DNA of 64,000 nt from contig CM102290.1 in the NCBI GenBank assembly GCA_046563655.1, positions 1,054,001 through 1,118,000 of the forward strand. Reading direction: 5' to 3'. Each line of letters begins with the position of its first letter. Position 1 is the first letter of the stretch. The notes beneath the pieces were generated by a model, which was not told the origin of the DNA, ran no database searches, and worked only from the letters and a program-made list of their open reading frames with translations. The DNA is from Yuukianura sp. NJ FZ-2021. Its lineage: Eukaryota. Shown one piece after another: positions 54,540-64,000 of the stretch. The translations under genes were made by a program, and so were the position numbers.

Positions 54540-57500
54540 ATATTAATACTACATCTAAGGAACATTTTTCGTTTAGTCGGCAAAAAATGGAATTTGAGTT
54601 TTTGATTAAAAAAGTGCTACGTTTTCGTTTGGATAACAATTGGATTTTTTTTTATAAGCTCCAATCAAGGTTAGCAAAATGTAAAGAAATTGTATTACTA
54701 CAAAATGTCTTTGCATTTCTGAAATTATTCGCCCAATCTCACTTTGTTAGGAACTCGGCAGTTCTTAGGGTGAAATTTCTAGAAGGAAAACGATTTCAAG
54801 TGTCTACAATGTCACATCGTACTCACAACAGAGAAGACGCTGTAGTCATTTCAACGTCATTTCAACGCTGTAGAAATGAAGAGTGGATGGATTAGGTGGG
54901 AAAAGTGGCTGTGGATTATATGTGAAATGCCTGTTTCATTAACCTGAGTGCTAGTCTCACCATCAGTAAAAATTAATCAGTGTCGAACTGCTTCGACTGG
55001 ATGTGGTCGTTGGTTCTACTGCTTCATTCTCTGTTTTCCAGTGAGACTTCGTGTAGAAAGTCCGAATAAGACAAAGGGGTTTGGGGCGGAGAGAAAGTAT
55101 CAATTTAAGACAACTCAATTCCAGGGCTCCCTAGAGGATCATCCACTCCAGCCACCGCCTTCCACATCAACCTCCACTTTACGCACGCTTAATAAACCTA
55201 ATTCACAAAAGTCTTTAATCTACATTTACCATAAAACAGAGTCCGTCCCACCAAATTCCACCCAGAAGACCCACGCTCCCTAAAGAATCATTCGTTCTTT
55301 AAGGGTAGTCGGTAAACTCGATTTTAAATTGAAGTTTTCTAGCAGAGCTGAAACGATTTGGCCTAATTCGGAGTCACGATTTTTTTAAATTTCGAAGTTT
55401 AAAAGAACGAATTCCAGGCATCGGAAAATTCCGCGATGCAATTATAAAGTTTTTTTTTGAAGCTTTAAGGTCAATGCCTTATTGGTATTCGACCTGATTG
55501 CAGAGATCCTGTGTAAATGACCGTTGATGTTCCATTTAACAGCATGAAGCGAAACTTTATTTTCTGGATTTGGGTTGATCAAATCCATATTTGAGCACGA
55601 CAGCGAACTTTTGAAAGCAGCCGCCACAGTTGAGGTTTAAACAGCGTTGTTCGCCTAACCTAGCAGGCGGTCGCCCTACTGCTGGTGCCTCTGTGGCTGT
55701 TCCTAACCTAAACCCCTTTCATTTTCTATTTTAGAAACCGCTATTTGGGAAAGTGGGTTTGAAAGTGGCAAATGAAATTTATCTTAAACTGCAAATGTGC
55801 TTTCACGCGCTTTCTTCTCACTCTCTTCTACTCCAGTGTCAAAGGCCATATTCCTACTCCAACTTCAAATTATTTTGTAACCTAATTGAATTTTCTAGGT
55901 GGCGAACCCCTTAGTTCTCTACAAAGCACTTTCAAAATCCAAAGAGATAGGAAATTTGTTTGAACAAAATTTTTGTCTAAGTATATTTCTATCTTTGGTG
56001 ATCATACTTTCAGGTTTGAACATTTCCAACCCAGTGAAAGTAGACGATCTTTGCAAAACAACTGAGTGATAAAGTGAAATTAAAATTTCCCTGGGAAAGT
56101 TTACCCTTGAGTGAACCTATTTCTGTTGAACTGAGTGCAGATTCAGTTTAATAGTTTTTGTGTTTAAACTTACGTTGACTTCTATTGACTGCTTTTGATG
56201 TCCAGGATCCTGCGACTTCCTTGACGCATCCGTCCTGACCCCATGACCCTCATTTCCCCTCAAAATAAAACAACTTCCCCTGCCTCTCTCACTCCAGATT
56301 AGGCTAACCGAGGCACCAAGTTCCCTGCACGGGTCGAATAAGATTGTATGAAGCCGATGACAACTGAGAGAGGTGGACTAGTCGACGGGAAACGACGACG
56401 AAACTGAAGAAACCACTAGTCAGGAACTCAGAAACTCAAATGTCCAGACAGTCTTCACAAAAATTGGAGCAACTGAGACTAAGAACAAAAAAAAATATGC
56501 AGACAAAAACTTTGTCCTTGGCGGATCCAAAATAGATTGGAGATGGTGGTCAGGGGAAGATTGGGTTGAGTTTGCTACTTAACTAATTAGTAAATTGAAC
56601 AGAATTAGTTTAGGGTGTAATGATAAATAGTAGGATAATACTTAAATGTTCCGACCCGTGCAGGCCTTCAGCCTCGCTTCTTCCTGCTCTTTCGTCCTAC
56701 GACACACTAAACTGGTGAAAGCACTTTTCCTTTCTCCACCAAACCCACACCAACGTGCCTCCTCTCCTTTCTTCCAAGAATCCAAAGGCGGGACTCGTCA
56801 GTTAGTGCTGCTGTATATCTGTAAACTTCAAATCCTGGTGAAAGCACCTAAAAAAACGTATTATACTAAAGGGAGAGTAGTCGTTGGTTAGGTTTTAGGC
56901 TGGTGTAAAAGGGCCCTGTCTCCACTGGAACTAGGATTTTGCTCCGCATTGATTCCTCCCGCCCGCACAAACTTTCTCCTCCCAACCAAAGAATCCCTTT
57001 GTAGTAAAAGAGCCTTAAATACTTGGAGAGGGGAGCCTTCATGGAACCTAACCTAAGGGATCCACAAGATGGAGAAAGTAAACGACTAGACTTTACACCA
57101 ATGCTCCAACCTTTCAAAAACCTCTTTTCGTTTACAACTTTCATTTTTCTCTTTCTCCATACCATTTTTTGTGACCAGGACAAAGAAATTTTGATGACTT
57201 TAAAAAGTTTTGGAGAGATGAATAAGAAAGTTTCTTTGGAGGGGAGGAATTTGACACTTGGGCAGCCATGTGACGACGACGTCTGAGCAAAGGCATTGAT
57301 TTTTGCGTTGGGAAAACAAAATGGCCTACGATTCCATTCCCCAGTTCAATTTCCGGCTACTGCTGCCTACGGTTCTCAATGCATTTGGAAATGGTTAAGG
57401 ATGCGCATGCGCCTAGACGGCTTTATTTGATTTGGACTTTCTGTTGCTTGATACCAGACACTAATATTTGTGTCCTATTTACTCAAGGGAACTTTTTATG

Positions 57501-57823
57501 AGGAAAAGTGAAAGGCTGTGAGAGGAATGAATACCAAATAAAATAAGTAGGGAAAATACACAAGAAATAGCCTTCGAGGGATCTCATTTTCCGAGGAAAA
57601 GTCCTTTTCCGGATGTATTTATGAGTTTCCAATGTTCGGTCGATAAAATGGGATAATTGCAACAGCAGCAAAGGCCACGAGGGAATCGCAATTCAATGTT
57701 TATTAAATGAGAAACATTAACTTTGTTTAACGGATCTTTCTGTTTACTAATCGCGCACTCTAGGTACAAACTTTTTCCAGTGCTTAGCCAAATTAAATGT
57801 TTCAATTCCATTACACTAAAAAC

Positions 57824-57886
57824 CAAGGTTGCTATAGCGCCCATTTATACAAATGCGGTAACAGGTTATTCCATAACTCCGATTTA
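57824..57886 (+). mobile_element. Truncated CAAGG-TIR MITE, subfamily A, immediately 3' of the IMP4 stop
   Basis: CAAGGTTGCTATAGCGCCCATTTATACAAATGCGGTAACAGGTTATTCCATAACTCCGATTT is nearly identical to 12495-12556. Confidence 0.8.
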
Positions 57887-57903
57887 AAAATCATTAAAAA
57901 TAA

Positions 57904-59317
57904 TTAATCTTCTGCCCAGCCATCATCGTCGGAGAGAAAACGCCGCTTTTTGGCTGTGTTCATGTATGGACGATGTGCCCACTCAACGTCAGCAGCAGCC
58001 GCATTCTCCAATGTTCCCAGCTTTATTTCATAAACTGTAACGAGAAACAAATGCATATTTAGTAGCTTTGAGAGGTTACACCAACGCTGTATTAAATGAA
58101 AATCCATACGTTTCAATTGAAATCGTGGTCCTAATTCGCTCAGCTCAATGTTTCTTCCAGCATCAGCTTTCTTGTATACATGGTGCCTCACAGTGATGTA
58201 GTCCTCATGGTTCGCGAACGTGACCACACGCTTGCTTTCAGGCTTTGGTACTGGATAGAGATACTTGAGAATGTTTTGGACCTATGAACAGCATAAATAT
58301 AAACATTATCTCTATAAACCAAACGTAAAAAAAAGTGTAGTTGTGAATTTACCCGAAGTCCAAGTGGTGATTTAAAATTGTGAAAAATTAGGTGTGGATA
58401 CTGCTGAGGTGCATTTCCTAGTCCCGCAATGTCATGTCTCATCACGGTTCCAGAAATTGTGAAGTATGCCGTTGGTCCGTATGGTAAATGTGAGATAATC
58501 AAACCGTCAGGTTCACCACGGTGTTCCTGCACCAAGATCAAATCGGTGACACTGTTGGCTCTACAGGCGTCCAACAGCTGTTTCAATTCATAACCACCAC
58601 GATTGATGCGTTGGCAATTGGGTATAAGTAGTCGTAGCTCCTAGAGTACATATCGCGAGAGTGAACTCAAATGAAAGTAAACGTAATCCGCAAAATACGT
58701 TAAACATTGTGTAACGACAAACCTTGGTGAACATTTTCAGTCGAGCTGAGGGATCTCTGGAGGTAGTTAACACTACTTTTGGATCTTCAACCCCAGCGAG
58801 CCTATATTCATCATCCTGACTGGAAATTCCAGTACCGCCGCTCTAGAGTAACCAATGACAAAGTTTGGAAGGAAGAACTTACTAAAACAAATCTAATATA
58901 GTAAGTTATAATTAATATAAGTTAATACCTGATCTCCCATCGTCGCCGCCAAAGTCGGTGCTTCGTCGTCCCATTTCAACGATTTCTGAAGACTAAGAGC
59001 ACTTTTCCTGAGATCTGAGTCGATCACTTTGTTTTCTATAGACAAATTTAGAAAATAGTACGATTATGAACTTCACATGTCTTTCATCTTGTAGTCAAGC
59101 ATGCGAAAATAAAATTTGATGCAATCCATCAACTAACCATCCAGTGCTTGGCGTAGCCGGCCCTTCTTCTCTTGTATAGATTTGTTTCGCTCTTCAATAC
59201 CTTTACGATAAATGTACTCTCTCCGTAATCGTGCTTGTCTTCTCAGCTACACAAATGCAATAGCCCAAATTAAAACACACGTTTTTTTCATTGACAAAAC
59301 GTATTGCGACTTACCAT
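57904..59317 (-). CDS. IMP4: U3 snoRNP protein IMP4 (Brix domain); exons 59317-59315 (ATG only), 59246-59138, 59035-58929, 58842-58723, 58640-58353, 58281-58110, 58034-57904
   Basis: MLRRQARLRREYIYRK, DDEYRLAGVEDPKVVLTTSRDPSARL, EHRGEPDGLIISHLPYGPTAYF, ELSELGPRFQLKLYEIKLGTLE, RPYMNTAKKRRFL. Confidence 0.97.
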
Positions 59318-62300
59318 GATTACCGCTGGTCAAATAGGAAAAAGGATGAAAATGAAAGGAAATGAAGAATTGTAACGAGTTCCCAAGCAAAGTAAAGTAA
59401 AAGTAAAGTATAGGAAGGTGTTTAGGTTGAATAGCAGAACGTAGTCGAAGTTCCACGAATTCCGAGTGAAAGTTAGGCAATGGCGACAACAACACCAACT
59501 CTGATTAATTAGAATAATTAATTAGCAAAGTCAGCAGTTACTATAAAAAGAAACGAAGAAACCCGCCACGAGGCTTTTGGCTTTAGGCCGCAAGTCGAGA
59601 AGACGAGACGAGACAACCTCATGAAAAAAAAACACGGCAGACGGCACATCCACATGGGAAAAATTTCAAAAGAATTTGAAATATGGGATTGGCGGCATAA
59701 TGATGTCAAAAAAAAGCCGGTAGCGTCTTTTGGACCAAACCTCTCTTACAACTATGAAAAAAGTCAAATTAAACAAAATTTTGAAGAAAAAACAGCAACA
59801 TTTAAGGCTGATGTGTGTTTTTTAAAAATCTAAACAAAAACTCAAAACCTGAAACGGTCACAGCACAATTCAATAACTTGCAACCCACACTCTTGAAATT
59901 AATAAAAATTCAAAGAACTCTGCATGATCAATCTCAGTTTTAAGAAAGTTTTTATTCAACTTAGGAAGAAAGATGAGGAAATGATAAAATTGTTGTAAAT
60001 TTGTCTTGCAATTTGTTGACAATATGTTTTTTTTTAGTTTTTAGGGTTGACGATCGTTGTCAATTTAGTATAAAACATGCCCAGGTTCATGATTCATAAG
60101 TTACATTATACACAGTGCATTATTATCTTTCCTTGTCTTAATTAGATCTTAGAGAGTAGATTCAAAAGTCTTCTTTGTTGTATATTATAGTTTAGTACAT
60201 TATAATATTATTAGTTTAAAACTATTCTAAAATACAGGTTAAATTCAAGAGGACAGGTTAAGCAGGACAACCAAGAAGAGGACTTTTAGTCAGTTATTTT
60301 TCCTAATTAAAGTAACCAGAGTATCAAATCCGCTTTTAAACATATACTCTGACTTAGGAATGACAATTTTAAACACTAAAATTGAGATAGACAAAACATC
60401 AAAGTAAGACCCACGGCATCAAACAACTTTTAAACGGCTTAATTTTAACTTTAGTTTGACATTCCAATTTCAGTTTTCGTCAAATCCTTAAAACTTGCGA
60501 ACTTTTCTATAAAACCAAATTTTCAAAGAGTAATTTCAGGCTTATTTTACAGCATTTGGTCAATTTAGAAAAAAAGAAAGGTTTTTTTTTAAAGGAAGCT
60601 TTTCATTTGTTTTCGTAAATCTTAAGTGCCACAGGATAGTCCAAAGTGTTAAGTTTTTTTTTCTTCTAATTTTACAATTTTCCCCTCTTCCATGATTAAA
60701 ATTGTAAGATTTTAGATTTGTACACAAAACTAAACCCGTTAAAGGAACGATCCATGGTACACCATGCTGTGTGTACTAACCATAAAAAATCAGCGTAAAA
60801 ATACAAAATTTTCAAAAAGAAAGCAAAAGAATTTTGTAATAGATAAACTGATAGCTTGTAAAGGAGAAGATTTTTAAAATTCGAGGACAAGATGCCTGGA
60901 AGGTAGGAACACTAATCGTTTTTTTTTAAACAATTTTTTTCAATTTTGAAATTGTTTCAATTTCTAAAAGAAAAAAGTTTCAATTTTATGAGTTGTATGT
61001 GGTAGTTTGTTCCTGACCCAAACGTAAACTACAAAGCCCTCCATTTTAGCATAAGGTTTACTTAAAGTGACACAAAAAACGGTTGCGTTTAAAATCAACA
61101 TCACAAATCCAAAATCTATACACCACAAACTAAACCCACATTTTAGTTTTTCAGTTCACGACAAAAAGGAAGAGACAATTTCATAAAAACTTTTAAAATT
61201 ACTTTTTTTTTAAATTCACCGCTCCTTCCTCCAACAGCTTTGTCATGAATTTACAGTTCACTTCCAAGCTCTCCTACTAATTCTCAATTTCTGTTGTTAA
61301 CAAAGAAAAACTTTTCATGCCAAATCCTGAGATCTATTTTTTACAAATTCTCATCAAAATTCAAAATTTCACTTTCAATTTGCAGTTATTTCCACCTACT
61401 TTTTCCTTTGCTTCAAACCTAACTATGGTTAGTAAATCTTGTTTGCTAAATAATTAAAACCCTGATAAAAAACTGGCAGCCATTATTTCCTTAGCTTGTA
61501 AATCGTTCCAGTAGCCCGATTTTTAAACTACTTATTTTTTTACATAACTTCCTATTGAAAGGGGTACAAGATTGAAGAAAGTCAAAGGTCACAACGCCCA
61601 AACAGTGGAATTGGTCAGCAATTCCTGGAGGACTTTAGCTATACATACTTAACGTCCTCACAGAATCTGTAAATTCTACACTCACTGTATAAGTTGGAAC
61701 TGGAAGTTACAATTTCGAACCTTGCGTTCTGCACATTGCCTTTTATAACGTTTACAAACTTATAGTTTTTAGTAGTTGTCAGTTATTGGTTCATCTAGTC
61801 AACTAACCGTTCTAGATACTTATGGTTGTTGGTTTTGTAGGAAATATTGTTACTTTACAATTTGTAACAGTTAGTTAATCGACAATTAGGTATTTTTTAA
61901 TTATTACAGAAAAGTCCCAAAAACCCATCAGCACAGTACAGCATTTAGGCTTTTCAAAGTCTAAAAATCACATCTGAGAAGTTGTAAATTATTCTGCTAA
62001 ACCTTTTACATACAAAAATGTATTTCCTTTCCATATTTTATGTTTTGACGTTTTGAGATTCATCTGCTTGTGACAGATACTATTTTTATACAAGATTTCT
62101 CGAAACTCAAAAGCATTATGGCCACCACACACTTCTACTTTCTTATAAATGGAAATTAATAATTCTTCATCTTCGCCTTATTTCTGATTTGATCTCACTC
62201 TCGACTTATTTAAAGCAAAATTACATCTTTAAGTTGGCACAACACATACTTTATAGACACGGTTCCACAAAACTTATGAACCCAAAGGTGTTAATTGAGT

Positions 62301-62878
62301 GAATTGGCCTGGGGCGTTATTTACAAAAACCCAAATCCGGTTGAAATCAGCCACTTTTGCGCAAACGATGACCTTAACTTAAATCTTTGTTTTGGACGGT
62401 GGTCGGTCATGTGTGATGAGCCTTGGTAAAACTTTAGTTTCGTAAATACAATTTTCCATTTGTCACCCCTTGACAATACGCATTGAGTTTTTGTGTCAAT
62501 CCCATTTTCTGGTTCTGTGCAAAAGGTAAATTTATAACATATTTCGCAAAAGGCTTTCAACATCTCCCCTCGTTCCTAATTATGATTTACATGATTTTCA
62601 TATCTTATTCCTTGATTGCAGCAAAAACAACTTTTTGACCACTTCCCCATCTTTGTTTTAAAGAATACAACAAAAGAGAATTGACAAGACAATCTCCTTA
62701 CTCATCCCTCCGTCTTATGTCGAAATCCTGACCTGAATCCACTTTAAACTTCTACAACCTTAAAATACGTTTTCCACTATAAAAAGTTACAGTCTACATC
62801 TAACCTAACCTTAACATTTGAGTGTGTACAGAGTAAAAAAGGGTTTGAAAGGTGCTGAATTCGCGTGGTGACGCTGGC

Positions 62879-63022
62879 TTAGTACTTATTTAGTGTCGTG
62901 ATGGTAGAGGTGGTGGTGGCTCTTGTAGGCTGGGTGGCTTGGTAGCGGAAGCGTTTAAGGCTAACTGTCATTCCCATTGATGCGGAGACGGTGGTAGCTC
63001 CGAAGGATGAGCCACGGTCGAA
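62879..63022 (-). CDS. Probable terminal coding exon of an unidentified gene extending beyond the window
   Basis: An acceptor (TTTGTTTGTTTTCAG) is followed by a GC-richer open frame FDRGSSFGATTVSASMGMTVSLKRFRYQATQPTRATTTSTITTLNKY*, then ~3 kb of AT-rich UTR-like sequence. No family recognised and the frame is uncertain. Confidence 0.45.
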   Translation of the reverse strand, partial: FDRGSSFGATTVSASMGMTVSLKRFRYQATQPTRATTTSTITTLNKY

Positions 63023-64000
63023 CTGAAAACAAACAAAAATTTAAAAGTTATAGTTTATTTCTAAAATTTAAATTTTGAAAAGTGGAATTCCATATTAGCT
63101 ACGACATTATTTCGAATTACTGCGATTCGATATTTGTTGGCTATGTTTTCAAGTGTTGATTCAAAATTACAGTTTATTTAACTTGGAGGCTTTCGTTTTC
63201 GTTATGAGTTTTTTTCAAAGTTGCAACAATTAAAATTTCTCAACTTCCACCTCTTTCAACCCCGAGCCAAAGTAAGCAAAGTGATGACAGATTTCGCACA
63301 CTGTGTGAGCATAGTAGTCCCCCCATAGGCTAAAAGTGGTGTTGCTAACGTCAAGAAAGTGAAATCTTGTACGATTATGAAAGGTGTCGTCATTTCATCC
63401 AAGGAAAGTGAACCAAAGGGGAACAATGACTCCAAGGAAAAGAAAAGTTAACACTCCCGCTGCCACTTCCTACATTTTGACACTTAAATGCCTCACGAGT
63501 TCTCTTTTCCGAAGCATTTCGCTGACTAACACGTAAAGGAACAACAAATATGGCCACCAATTCCGTATAGCAGTCTGGCACGGCAGGCTCTGCGCAAGCG
63601 CAGCTATTCTAACCAGTTTCAGGACCAATCCAGCCTATGTACACACCAACCAACCTCATAATGGACTCCTTTGATTTACTTGGGTGAGCAGCAGAGGCCT
63701 TGATCAAATTCCACGATGGAAAAGCATGGAGCAGGAGAAAAGGCCTTCACAACTTTCCCCAAATTCTGGTTGACGTCACCCAAAGACCTACGCTAGCTTT
63801 CATTTCCACGAAACCTGTCTCTCTCCTGATGACTTCCAGCGAAGATCAGACCAAAAAAATATTAGATCTTCCATGCCTGAGCCACAACCACACCATCCAC
63901 CTCTAGTTTACAAAAACAAAAAAAAAGTTTACAAAGCGACACTTTGACCTTAGGACTAAGCGTAGGTGAACCTACGGTTGGAATGAAAGTTCATTTGAAA

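Noticed and set aside
54266..54895. 209-aa ORF
   Set aside because: It runs through a MITE and T-rich sequence, with F/K/L-biased composition and no domain.

Overview
AT-rich eukaryotic DNA with short spliceosomal introns; the gene content points to an arthropod, probably a hexapod (inference). Six complete intron-containing genes can be assembled by hand: RPF1 (+), a 9-cysteine TGF-beta ligand most like Maverick (+), glycogen branching enzyme GBE1 (-), a secreted GH37 trehalase (+, head-to-head with GBE1), a K+-dependent Na+/Ca2+ exchanger of the CG1090/SLC24 type (-) and IMP4 (-). There is also a probable terminal exon of a further minus-strand gene near 63 kb. The most unusual signals are non-coding. 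(1) An ~870-bp foldback element fills a GBE1 intron and is packed with AGGTCA nuclear-receptor half-sites, including perfect IR1, DR1 and TCAAGGTCA. (2) A trehalase intron holds a hAT derivative with a BED-finger remnant and 31 copies of a palindromic 35-bp unit. (3) A CAAGG...CCTTG MITE family twice sits directly beside 5' splice sites, once with an exact 8-bp duplication of the donor. (4) Three stem-loops with unrelated stems share the loop UCGGCAC in the presumed exchanger 3' UTR. No CRISPR array, rRNA or tRNA was recognised. All exon boundaries are manual predictions.
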